A stretch of DNA of 64,000 nucleotides. Source: Epithemia pelagica (Eukaryota > Protista > Bacillariophyta). Of the stretch, positions 23,479 to 34,700 are shown one piece after another. The stretch lies in the NCBI GenBank assembly GCA_946965045.2, contig OX337232.1, positions 3,596,001-3,660,000 of the forward strand, written 5' to 3'. The position numbers were made by a program, and so were the translations under genes. The notes beneath the pieces were generated by a model that was given only the letters and a program-made list of their open reading frames with translations, was not told the DNA's origin and searched no databases. How positions within the stretch are numbered: position 1 is the first letter of the stretch; each line of letters starts with the position of its first letter.

Positions 23479-23694
23479 TAAGAAGAATAGAAGCACTACA
23501 TAACAGGAAACAACCATCAACAACAACAACCATCCTCATTGGTCCACATGGATCCAGTGCGATGAAAGAACGAGACACAAGGCACAGCAAAGCACAAGAC
23601 TCATAGAGAGATGGATCTAGCAAATCTGTCTGACCCAAAGTATTGATCGATCGTAGATCTACTCCTACTACCCATAGCAACAGCAACAACTGTG

Positions 23695-24427
23695 CAAGGA
23701 TGTAAGTGCTGACAAGTCAGTTTTTTTTACGTCTGACGAATTGACCGAAAGCGTCACAAGTCACGTCAGCCTATTGGGCCGTGACTAATTTGGTGACCAA
23801 TTTAAGAAAATTCTTTTTTCTTCCCCGGGCTTGGTTGGTGCAATTCCATGCGACGAGAAACGCACAAAAATGAGAAAAAAACAAGAAGCATGTAGGTAGA
23901 CGATGAACCACAACAACCTGTGTCATCCGGGGATGAAGACGAGGAGTACGGCGCTGAAGGTGAAGGTGACTCTTCTAATGAATGTGATAACGAAGAAGAT
24001 GAGGATGCAGTAGCAGAAACAACAGCGCATGCGGAACAAGATAGAAAACCTAGAGCCCTTGCCAACAGTAAATGACAAGAATTATCCTCAAGAGGATCGA
24101 CGGTACTTTGGCCGTCCGCAATGACAAGTACCCTCTGTCTAGCTTTGTCTGTGTGCAGGAGGAAGAGGTGGGCGTCGACCCACTCCCGAGTCTCCCGACT
24201 ATTATGGGAGCGTTCAAGTACCATTAGGAGATGGAGAGTCAACATCAGATCTAGAGATCACTCTTCATTAGATGTAAGCATTCGTAGCTTAGTAAATGTG
24301 TGTTATTGCGGAGTACCTAATGCGTCACCCATTTGACTAATTGGATTAAAAGAAGTCACCCTTTGGTCAAAATCTGGTCACGTCAAGTCAGTAAGGGGGT
24401 CCGTGACGTGACCTACTTACATCCTTG
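23695..24427. mobile_element. Non-autonomous TIR DNA transposon, 733 bp, CA...TG ends, 7-bp TSD (P-like or hAT-like)
   Basis: Perfect 13-bp TIR CAAGGATGTAAGT/ACTTACATCCTTG. AACTGTG is duplicated on both flanks. Clustered GTCAC/GTGAC motifs lie in both subterminal regions. Confidence 0.85.
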
Positions 24428-24615
24428 AACTGTGGTAGCCCGTCGTGCACGTCTGGAATTTTGCCAAGTCGTGTTCGCAGTCCCAGTCGCGCAGCACAAC
24501 AGGTATGCAGTGAATTCAGCCACAATCGGCCACAAAACCGAACACCAGGACAAGTAATACACGACAAAGAACCGAGGCCGACACTAACACAAGAAAGAGA
24601 AAGACAGAAGGAAAG

Positions 24616-25524
24616 ATGACGGTCGTGGCTCAAGAGGTCAAGTGCGGCGCATGGTGCATCCACAATGTATTGGACAAGCGCGAATGTGACGAAATTGTGG
24701 AGGCCGCCTTGGAGGCAGGTGTGGAACACAAGGTAGCCCGTGGCGACCGCCGGCATCGAAACCACCAGGCCCATCACTTTCAGGATAAGGTCTTGTCGGA
24801 GAAATTGTGGCAGCGTCTCGAGACTGTGGTGCCGCCCTCCTATACCTTTGTATCTGAATCACCGCCACCACCAGGATTTGAAGAGGAAAGTATTCAGGAC
24901 ATGATGGGACACTGGCACGCCTGTGGCGTCCATTCTCAATTTACACTCTTGTACTATCGCAGTGGAGGACATTTTGGTCCCCACCGGGACGGGTACAAGG
25001 TCTTGTCGGATCATGTCCGCAGCATTTTGACCGTGGCCATTTACTTGAATGACCGACCTCCTGGTCATGGAGGAGCCACGCAATTTTTACGAGACAATGA
25101 CGACATGTTGATAGCCGAACTGGATGACTGCGGTCGCATCCTGTCTCGTCCCGACCAGGTCGAAGCCCGAGTCGAAGCCGACGAGGCCGGAAAGGCGGTC
25201 CTATTTCAACACGATTTGTTGCATCAAGGGGAACCCATCCAAATATGCAGCAACCATTCGAATGATACAATAAGAACGGGAGAGCACGAGGGAGACTTGT
25301 CGCAACAGGAGGAGGATACCGCAGCCGTCAAGTGGTTGCTCTTGACCCAAGTCTTGTACCCACGGGATCCCGCCACAGCCCCCCAGTGGACGCCCGATCA
25401 GTATGAGGCTCGCCGAATCCTGGCCTTGGCCGAACAAGCCGAAGTCCAGGGCGATATCCCCAGTGCCATTCGCTTATACAATCAGGCCTATCGGTTGGAT
25501 CGAACCTTGGAGACCAATAACTGA
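24616..25524 (+). CDS. 2-oxoglutarate/Fe(II) dioxygenase (prolyl-4-hydroxylase-like) with a C-terminal TPR-like helix pair
   Basis: HFGPHRDG (HxD), LTVAIYLND, GGATQF, AVLFQHDLLHQG (distal His). Confidence 0.88.
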   Translation: MTVVAQEVKCGAWCIHNVLDKRECDEIVEAALEAGVEHKVARGDRRHRNHQAHHFQDKVLSEKLWQRLETVVPPSYTFVSESPPPPGFEEESIQDMMGHWHACGVHSQFTLLYYRSGGHFGPHRDGYKVLSDHVRSILTVAIYLNDRPPGHGGATQFLRDNDDMLIAELDDCGRILSRPDQVEARVEADEAGKAVLFQHDLLHQGEPIQICSNHSNDTIRTGEHEGDLSQQEEDTAAVKWLLLTQVLYPRDPATAPQWTPDQYEARRILALAEQAEVQGDIPSAIRLYNQAYRLDRTLETNN

Positions 25525-25736
25525 GGGGACCAAACAGCGACCTAGCTATAGCTAGAATGACGAACTAGAATAGAAATCGATAACAAGTGAATCACGGAAC
25601 GAGTTTCAAAAATCTCTCAGAGGAACTTATTATTGGTCCTCCTCTTCTTGTAGCTCTACAATAACCTGGAACCGAAAAAGAGTCTTTGGTTCCACCACTG
25701 CCAACCACAACAACAATCGATGAACCATCCAGTCTG

Positions 25737-28289
25737 TCATCGTTGCAGGTTGTGTCGCAGTGTGGTCGGTACCACGACCACCGGTTTTTCGTACAGGGAG
25801 GGTGCCGTCGTGGTGGTCGGTACCGAGACTCGATTTGGATGCTGAAAGAATGGACGAGTCTCTGCAAGTGTTGTCGTCGTTGGGATTGGTCGATACGACA
25901 CCAGCGGCTCCCCTCCACCACCATAAAGATGATTGGGGACCGAAGGGGTAGTCGCTGAAGGAGTCAAATACTGTACCGTTCGGCCGGTCCATACAAAGTG
26001 TGGATGAGTCAAGTCCAGCCGTTGTGTAGAAAGAATAATGGAAAGGGCAGTGGCTGGAACAATGGCCCAAATTCTCTCATCCGATTTGAATGACTGAGAA
26101 TCGAGAGGCCGTGTGGCGGTACTACTAGGACCCGCTGCTGCTGCTGTTGTTGGTCCGAGAGTGGGTTTTTCGAGACACACATGCGTCGTAGAGGTTTCAT
26201 CCATTTCACCACGACGAGGAGGCACAGCCGTAGATGGTGCGTGTGGCATGACATTCATGGGAGACGGTCCACCATCCACTCCTCGACTCGTCTTCGTGTT
26301 GTAATTGTTCTTCTTCTTCAAGTGTACTCCAGGGCCCGTCGCATAGGCATTCTTGTACTGAGCTCGGCGATACTCGGCCGCATTGGCCAATTGCCGAAGG
26401 TATCGTTGATGTCGTACAATGGCTTCGCGCATGGCATGGCCCGCCTTTTCTCGGGCATTCAAAGGAGTGAGTTCACCCCACCGTCCCGACTTGTCGTCCA
26501 TGGCCTTGATGAATCGTCCATAGACGGGTCGATTGGTATCCCTGTCACCGTCGTTTTCATGATCAGGGTCCAAGCCGGTTCCGTATCGAACGACATGGCA
26601 AATGTCGGCCAAGACAATGGTCTTTTCCAACTTGGTGGGGGCGTCGACGTAGCGTTGCCGGAAGCTGTCGACAATGTCGTAGAATCGAACATTGCCATAG
26701 CGTGAGATATTGCCTCGTCCCCGTCCACAAAAAACATCGTATTGAATGGCAACTTTGTAGTCCTTGGGCAAGGGCGTCAATTCCGGTGCTTGCTGTGGTG
26801 CTCGTTCGGGTTTGGATGGAGGAGATGGTTCGGTCGACCGCTTTGAAGAAGCAGCAGCAGCAGCAGCATCATGGCGAGAAGAGTCCATGGCCGGAGTAGG
26901 AGAAGTGGCAGAATCGAGAGGCCGTGTGGCGGTACTACTAGGACCCGCTGCTGCTGTTGTTGTTGGTCCGAGGGTGGGTTTTTCGAGACACACATGCGTC
27001 GTAGAGGTTTCATCCATTTCACCACGAGGAGGAGGCACAGCTGTAGATGGTGCGTGTGGCATGACATTCATGGGAGACGGTCCACCAACCCCTGGTGACA
27101 TGCGCCGCATGGTTCGACTCTGGACGGGTAGTGTCTTGTCCCCGGCAGCATGTCCACGGTGCATCTTGGACGATTTTGGTTTCGTTTCCGGCATCTTGCA
27201 CGACGACTTGTGGCGTTTCTTTTTTTGCTGGTGTGACGGGTGGATTGTATCCTCCTGATCCGTGGGGTGTCTCGTTTCCTGCATCTTGGACGACGACTTG
27301 TGGCTTTTCTTTTTCGGGTGAAACGTGCTGCATCCTTCGAGATTGTTCGTGTGGTCCTCCCTAGTGTCGTTGGCAGCAGTAGCAGCAGCAGTATCAAGTT
27401 GTCGTCGTGTCTCGTCGGATCCATCCAATCGTTGCATCTGATGGGAAGACTTGTGGTGGTGCCTTGTTTGATCGATTTTGGACGACGTGTGGTGTTTCTT
27501 CTTCTGTTGCGGTAATGTGTGGATTGTGTCCTGGCGAGAGTTGGCATGGTTCGTCTCGTCATGGACAGCAGCAGCCGTGTTGTATGGTGGTGTCTCCTCC
27601 TCCTGGTGGTGGTTGGTGGAGTCGGATTCATAGTCCACTCCTCGACTCCTCTTGTTGTTGTACTGGTTCTTCTTCTTCAAGTGTACTCCGGGGCCCGTCG
27701 CATAGGCATTCTTGTACTGAGCTCGGCGATACTCGGCCGCATTGGCCAATTGCCGAAGGTATCGTTGATGTCGTACAATGGCTTCGCGCATGGCATGGCC
27801 CGCCTTTTCTCGGGCATTCAAAGGAGTGAGTTCACCCCACCGTCCCGACTTGTCGTCCATGGCCTTGATGAATCGTCCGTAGACGGGTCGATTGGTATCC
27901 TTGTCACCGTCGTTGTCGTCGTCAGGAGCGTCCAAGCTGGTTCCGTATCGAACGACATGGCAAATGTCGGCCAAGACAATGGTCTTTTCCAACTTGGTGG
28001 GGGCGTCGACGTAGCGTTGCCGGAAGCTGTCGACAATGTCGTAGAATCGAACATTGCCATAGCGTGAGATATTGCCTCGTCCCCGTCCACAAAAAACATC
28101 GTATTGAATGGCAACTTTGTAGTCCTTGGGCAAGGGCGTCAATTCCGGTGCTTGCTGTGGTGCTCGTTCGGGTTTGGATGGAGGAGATGGTTCGGTCGAC
28201 TGCTTTGAAGAAGAAGCAGCAGCAGCAGCAGCAGCAGCATGGCGAGAAGAGTCCATGGCCGGAGTAGGAGAAGTGGCAGTACGATGCAT
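25737..28289 (-). CDS. Diatom DUF6824 protein with two near-identical DUF6824 domains
   Basis: DVFCGRG...GN.RF..IV...R.RY...EK......IC.VVR..GRFIK...W.EL....AREKAGHAMRE occurs twice. Start chosen by homology with the paralog at 51527. Confidence 0.82.
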   Translation of the reverse strand: MHRTATSPTPAMDSSRHAAAAAAAASSSKQSTEPSPPSKPERAPQQAPELTPLPKDYKVAIQYDVFCGRGRGNISRYGNVRFYDIVDSFRQRYVDAPTKLEKTIVLADICHVVRYGTSLDAPDDDNDGDKDTNRPVYGRFIKAMDDKSGRWGELTPLNAREKAGHAMREAIVRHQRYLRQLANAAEYRRAQYKNAYATGPGVHLKKKNQYNNKRSRGVDYESDSTNHHQEEETPPYNTAAAVHDETNHANSRQDTIHTLPQQKKKHHTSSKIDQTRHHHKSSHQMQRLDGSDETRRQLDTAAATAANDTREDHTNNLEGCSTFHPKKKSHKSSSKMQETRHPTDQEDTIHPSHQQKKKRHKSSCKMPETKPKSSKMHRGHAAGDKTLPVQSRTMRRMSPGVGGPSPMNVMPHAPSTAVPPPRGEMDETSTTHVCLEKPTLGPTTTAAAGPSSTATRPLDSATSPTPAMDSSRHDAAAAAASSKRSTEPSPPSKPERAPQQAPELTPLPKDYKVAIQYDVFCGRGRGNISRYGNVRFYDIVDSFRQRYVDAPTKLEKTIVLADICHVVRYGTGLDPDHENDGDRDTNRPVYGRFIKAMDDKSGRWGELTPLNAREKAGHAMREAIVRHQRYLRQLANAAEYRRAQYKNAYATGPGVHLKKKNNYNTKTSRGVDGGPSPMNVMPHAPSTAVPPRRGEMDETSTTHVCLEKPTLGPTTAAAAGPSSTATRPLDSQSFKSDERIWAIVPATALSIILSTQRLDLTHPHFVWTGRTVQYLTPSATTPSVPNHLYGGGGEPLVSYRPIPTTTTLAETRPFFQHPNRVSVPTTTTAPSLYEKPVVVVPTTLRHNLQR

Positions 28290-28552
28290 GGTTGGCGATG
28301 GTTGCTTTATTGCCTTGTTGGACGAGGGGCGTTTTGTGTTGTCTAATTGTAAAAAGGAACGCCTGGGAGACAACGGACGGTTGCCAATCTCGGTGTGTGT
28401 GCCTCGGTGTGTGTGTCTCGGTGTGTGTGCACAAGAAGAATCAAACGAAAAGCCTGTTTGGATGGACCTTTTTCTCACCGACAAACTACGCATGCGGTTT
28501 GGGTCGCTTGGTTATTTTATTTGTTGGAAGGGCGCGTCCTCTTGTTAAGTCG

Positions 28553-28752
28553 NNNNNNNNNNNNNNNNNNNNNNNNNNNNNNNNNNNNNNNNNNNNNNNN
28601 NNNNNNNNNNNNNNNNNNNNNNNNNNNNNNNNNNNNNNNNNNNNNNNNNNNNNNNNNNNNNNNNNNNNNNNNNNNNNNNNNNNNNNNNNNNNNNNNNNNN
28701 NNNNNNNNNNNNNNNNNNNNNNNNNNNNNNNNNNNNNNNNNNNNNNNNNNNN
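28553..28752. other. Assembly gap (200 N)
   Basis: Run of N. Confidence 1.
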
Positions 28753-29084
28753 AGCCACGAGCTGTCGTCTTTTGGCGGTCTTCTGCCGTTTGTTGCGAAT
28801 ACCCTGTTGGGGAATTCGCATTTTGCCAAAAAGACGAAGAAAGCCGCACCTTTGCTTAATGCCCATTAGATTATCTCATCAAGAACTGACTGTACTCTAC
28901 ATAAGTGGACAACTGTAGACAATGAACTAGGCTATAATAAAGGAAAAGAAAACCAATGTCTCAGTGTACGTCAAAGTTAAAAGGGGACCAAGAGCAAGAC
29001 CAAGATCACCTCCCTCTTCCCTACAAGCTGGTTCGAGACGAAGCCTGCATGAGAGTATAAGAGTAAAAATACTGTAGTGACACG

Positions 29085-29297
29085 CGCATCGTACCGCCCC
29101 GGTCAAGAAGGGACCGACGGACGAACGATGAAGAGGACATCGATCCCAGTGAGATCTCAAGAGCAAGAAGTGGTTGGGATGGTCATTCCTATGACCGTCC
29201 CAACAAAAGTTCAGCAATCATAAATTGTTGGAAAGAAGAAGAGCACAGTCATCAAGGATTTGATCACCCATTGGTTCTGTGTATTCGCTTCTTTCGC
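29085..29297 (+). repeat. Split direct repeat A1 (213 bp)
   Basis: Matches 37470-37682 and 38112-38324 end to end. Confidence 0.95.
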
Positions 29298-29360
29298 TTC
29301 GGTTTTGGTGTTTTCTCCCTGTCGACCGTGCCATCCACCTCATCCTTGTTCTTGTTCGCC

Positions 29361-31717
29361 ATGAAGTTTGAGTGGGGAAGTACTCCGGATTCTTCACCCT
29401 CAGTGGGGTCGTCAGGTGAGTCTCTTGTGACCGGGGGGGGGGGGGGGGGACCCTTCGTTCGGGTTCTCTCTTCGGTGTTGTTCGTTTCGAACAATCTAGT
29501 TTTGAGTCGTTATGTCGGGGCATTTTTGGCACTGGGCAGCGTGTGTGTGTTCGCTCCGACTGTTCGGTTGCGTCCCATACGGCTCGGAAACAAGAATGGG
29601 CTTCTTTGGTGGGGGACGATGCCACCTGCATTTTTATTCGGGGCGGTAGTGTGTCCACGAATTCCGATACCGCGGATACGGTTTTCAGTCATCCCATTCT
29701 TCCGGGAGCTTGTGTCCGTGATTTGGATTGGAGTGAGATGGAACTGAGTCCGCGATCCCTCGAGAGTTGGCAGGCCACGTTCGCCTCTTTACGTCAAGTC
29801 GCATCCGAGGAAGGTGAGGGTGTGGATCTCACAATTGCTGCCAAAGTCATGGCAAATACGAAAGGTGAAGTCAAGTTTGCTGCCATGACACCTAAACCTA
29901 GCAAGCGTGCTAAGGTCGAAACAGTGTCTAGTAGTGATAGTGAGGATGAAATGGAACTCCTGGAAGGAGGCCATCCTCGTACTCCGGCAGGTCGTTCATC
30001 GATTCCATGGAAAGAGGTCCCTTTGGACATTGGCTCACAGCAAGCGACACCGTCGGTCAAGGTCTTGCAAGGTGGAGCGTGGAGCAATTTGGTAGAGAAT
30101 GTTAACCATCTCAAAGCCGATTGTCAACGCGCGTCCCACAAGAGAAAGGTAATGGAGGAAATGCAAGAAGAAGCGATTGAACAGCTGAACGTTAAGCTGT
30201 CGGTGTTGCATGCGTTGTTGGGGGTACGGCCTGCGGAATTTGGTACAGATTCGGCGTTTTCGGTCCTCAAGCACTGTGTTGAAACAGTACAAACAGTACG
30301 AGAATTGTTGAATCAGAAGCAGAGCCACCAGAGGATGGACGCTTCACTGGTGGCTAAGGTTGAGGAGCTGGATCGCAAGATGGATGTTGTTCAGGGTTCC
30401 TCGAAGTCGATGGTTCAAGGGGAGCTTGACAAATTCTTTGCTGACCAGAGCGAATTTCGTCAACAGTTTGTGAATCCTACGTTGACTCTTTTGTCTCGGT
30501 CGTCGAGTAACAATGCTGACCCAGGAGGAAAATGGGCCCAGATGTTTGAGAATCTCCAAGCACGAATGGATGCAATGGAGCGAGGTGGCGCTTCGGCCTC
30601 AACCGCGCCGTCGGGTGGATTGTCGACTGGTGGGGTTGGAAGTTTTGGATGGATGTCGGGAGGAGGTTCAGTTGGAGCGGCTGCAAGTGCGCCAACGGGA
30701 GCCACCGGGATGCTGACAGGATCTACCGGCTCGGCACTCGCAGATGCTATGGCCGAGCTGCGCCGTATGAAGGAAGAGTTGCAGGAAGTCAAAATGGGAA
30801 TTAGTGATCTGCAGGAGCAAGTAGACAATGAGGCGATTACGGTGGGATCCATCGTGTTTCCATCTCGTACTTTCTGTGTGTCTTGGCTTACCTTGCACCA
30901 CGCAGAAAGCGATCCGCATGTTTTCGTTGACGCTGTCTCGTTGTTGTCGTTGGCGACGTCGGATATGAGTTTGGACGAAGATCGAGCGGCCAACAAACGC
31001 GCAACAACAGCAAAGGTGAGAGATAAGACCCCTTATCACACGGCGTATATTGCGTCATTCAATCTAGACGTACCTTCTTTGCTGGGTAAAGGGACAGATC
31101 AGAGTCAGACCACGAACTCGCGAGCTCTGGGAGGCGTTCCGAAGTTTGAAGACTTTCACCCTCCGTCAAGGCGCGAGGGAATCCATCAGCGGATCCTTGA
31201 TCATGTACGGGATGGGAGGCAGACTCTTGAGCAAGCAATTGGTGAATTGTTTGCCTTTGGAACAGCGCCGTCGAGTGTGGCCAAGGAAATGTTGCATTTG
31301 AGTAAGGCCTTTTGGGATGACCTTTGTCACTGGATGGTACGATACCATCAACAGGTCCAGGCCGAGAGTGAAGCCAGCGAGCAGGAGGTTTGGATCCTCA
31401 TCTCGCATTGCGTGCGGGCGGTGTTTAAGAGCCTTAGAGAGGCTCGTGCTCCGGGCAGAGCATCAAATACCCCAGCTGGCATGTTGTGGGGGACCTTGAA
31501 AGCTCATGACGTGATGAAGGAGTACAGAGCTGCCGAATTCAGCGGCCATCCCAAGATAGCACTCATTTTGCACGAACACTTGATTCGGTTCGCGACCCCA
31601 CGTTCGAAATTCGATACACTTAAGTCAAGTCTGGAAGAACGGTTGGAAAAGCTGCAACGGTCAGTAAATGCGGCGGTGTCGGCAACTAACAAGGCGAGCA
31701 AGAAAGAAAAGTCGTGA
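29361..31717 (+). CDS. Gag-like ORF1 of element 1; one-base frameshift in the G17 run at 29433-29449
   Basis: With one extra G, ATG 29361 reads into LFGVVRF...LCRGIFGTGQRVCVRSDCSVASH, which matches element 2 FGITF...LCLGIKRGGNTFCIDPKCSKAGDH. The C-terminal LWGTLKAHDVMKEY matches LYGVLRTHDVMAEY. Coiled-coil-like middle. Confidence 0.75.
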
Positions 31718-31720
31718 GAA

Positions 31721-34700
31721 GTGAGTCCGTGGGAGGTTGTGGCAATATCTCAGAGGAAAGATAGGAAACGTGGACGGGAGGTTGGCGAGAAAATGAATGT
31801 GGAGAGCCGAGAGTTAGCGAAGGGCTCGTTGTTGAAACGTAAAGTAGATATGATCGACGCAAGTGACGAGTCGCTAACTGGAGTTGCGGAACAGAAGACT
31901 GGGCGGATGAGAGTAGGGAAAGGAAAGTGGCGAATAGGCATAGCAAGTATTGGAACCCCCTTTTGGTTTTGGGCGGTGACATCGCTTGGCTGTGTAAAGT
32001 GGATTGATGTGTTGGATGTAGATGACATTGGCGACGAAACTGGAGCTTCTGAATGGCGAGAGCTGTTGATCCCGTTAGAGCAGAAACTGACGAAGAACCG
32101 AGGTTCGAAAAAACAGCGAATTGAATTCCAGGAGTCGCAGGAGTGGAATAGACGCTCGCTAGTTGATGTTGTCTTCTTTGAAGGGGGTATGTCACCGGGT
32201 CCATCTCACCCAGTTTGGAGCATGGAGACCGTCCAAGTAGTGGTGTGGATAGGCGGTCAAAAATGGTCGGGTCCTCCTTTAGAGGATCTTCGGCTAGAGA
32301 AATGGTCAAAAGGGGTGATGAAGATTCCACATCAGGATCTTGGAGGTGTCACCGATTTGGTTTCTTGGATCCATTTTGCAGAGCGTACTCAAGGACCATC
32401 GAAGGAACAGTGCAAGGACATGCCAAGGTTCGTTGATTGTTGGGCCGATTTCCTCGATGATGGTTTAAGGAAGACAACTATGCGGGGAGTGATCGATCCC
32501 ACGGTCCACGGTAGAGAATGTAAATTATCTGTGGAGTGTGTACGAGGAGCACGTCCTTCATCGATGATTGTGAACCGCAAGCTGAGATGGAAGATTGACA
32601 GGTTCATAGAGCATACGTTGCCAAGTGTATTTGCATCAACAGGTCTCGTAAAGCGGCGGCTTACTCCGAAGGAAATCGCGATTACAATGGACTTTCCGGC
32701 TGGTCTCCATAAACGAGGATCGGATTCGGAATTGGCTCGTTGGTTGGATGATGTGTCGGTTCCCTTCAAGGTTAGAGTGCAAGTTGTTAATTCGTTGCGT
32801 GAATGGACGAGAGAATCGAAGGAAGGGTTCACAGAAGATGTGAAAATCAGGAAAGATGAGGGTTGTCTGGATCGAAACGGTTTACTCAAGGAAGAGGATG
32901 AGTGCCCCGATGAAACACGAATGACGGAAGACGAGATACCTTTGTATTCGATTCCCGACAGTGAGGAAGGGGGTGGCTCTCTCAACACCGAGGAAAGGCG
33001 TGAGGACAGAAACCTGAAAGCAACAAAATCAGACGATGCAAAAATCCCGACTTACCTTTGGGACAATCGTATCTGTCAAAAATTGGGAATCCAGAATGAA
33101 GGTAAACGGTTGGAAGTGGTCGACGCGCTGAATTCGATTCGCAAGGGGGCGCTACGATATTGGAAGCGTCGTGTCTGCGCGGATTTCTGGTCGTGGTGGA
33201 AGAATCAAAAGTTTGACGATGACGAGGAAGAAGTGCGAGATCAAACCATCAAAGCCGGACTCAGCGCTTTGGAGCATGCAGCGAGGTCATCCTGGTGGGA
33301 TTGGGACATGGGTTCTTCCCCTTTCTTCTGGAGGATGCCAGATTTGGGGTGGATGACGGAAATGAGAGACGGAGTCGCCCCCATGTGGATTGGACCGACA
33401 CCTGCATATCGGCGGCGTCAACATGCCAACCCGAATGAGGAGAGTAAAGCTTTGGAAAAGAAGAAGTTGACCAAAGTGAGGAAGCGGGGGTACATCGCGC
33501 CAACTCCAGGCATCAAATCACTTACCAGTTTCTTCTCAGTCCCGAAAGGGGAGGATGATATACGTATGGTTTATGACGGGACGAAGAGCGGTCTCAATGC
33601 GGCGCTCTTCTCTCCGTGGTTTGGTCTGGGAAATGTGAACGCTATGCTCCGTTCGATGGAAGGAAAAACATGGTCAGCAGATAATGATTTTGGTGAGATG
33701 TTCCTTAACTTTTGGGTTCATCCCGAGCTCAGATGTTATACGGGCATTGACATCACTGACCTGTTTCCGGAGGAATTGAAAGAACGTTGCGGACGCACAA
33801 GAATCTGGGAAGCATGGACGAGATGTGCGATGGGCCTCACAACTTCGCCCTACCAAACGACCCAGTGTGCCCAACGTGTAAAAAGGATAATTTTCGGAGA
33901 CCGGTCTGATCCTGAAAACATATTTGGCTGGGTTGACGTGAGGTTGAATTTGCCGGGGGATACAGACTATGACCCATCGCTGCCATGGATCAGTAAGATA
34001 AATGCGAATGGAGACATCGCGGCGGATGTCCACCCATACGTTGATGACTTACGTGAGACAGCTCCCTCGGAAGAGGAAGCCTGGCTGGCGGCGAGCAAAA
34101 TGGCAAAGGGAGCGGCGTTCTTTGGGTTACAGGATGCCGCAAGGAAACGAAGAGAGCCGAGCAAATCGCCGGGTGCTTGGGCTGGAGCCATTGTTGAAAC
34201 TGGTAATGATGGACGAGTATACAAGACTGTGGCTCAGGATCGCTGGAACAAGACAAAGGCTCACGTCGAAAGGTTGAGTGAATGGGCGGAATCGCCAGAA
34301 CGGATCAATCGAAAGGAACTCGAGCGCATACGAGGATTCCTTGTGTACGTGTCGCTTACTTACGACATTATGGTCCCCTATCTCAAGGGAATCCATTTGA
34401 CTTTGGAGTCATGGAGACAGGACCAAGATGGAGAGGGTTGGCGATTGCCTGAAAAAGATCGCAGAAAGCGAGCTTGTGAATGGAAGGAAAAGGCGAGTGA
34501 GATTCCGCCAGATACTGTCGCAAAGGTCCCGAGGTATGATGGGGATATCGCCGCCCTTATGGAACTTACGAAGGATAAAACACCGCCAAGAATCTTAGCG
34601 AGACCTCTCAAAGGCTCCAAGGCTGCCATTTTATTTGGGGACGCCTCCGGAGAGGGATTCGGCTCGTCGTTATGGATCTATGGATCAAGCACCGTAGAAA

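Noticed and set aside
25320-25365. KWLLLTQVLY in place of a KYxLRTDVMY-like strand as a sign of an inactive oxygenase
   Set aside because: The HxD...H triad and the Lys are intact; I cannot assign the missing Arg a role without an alignment.
28292-28918. ORFs spanning the N run
   Set aside because: Artefacts of the assembly gap.
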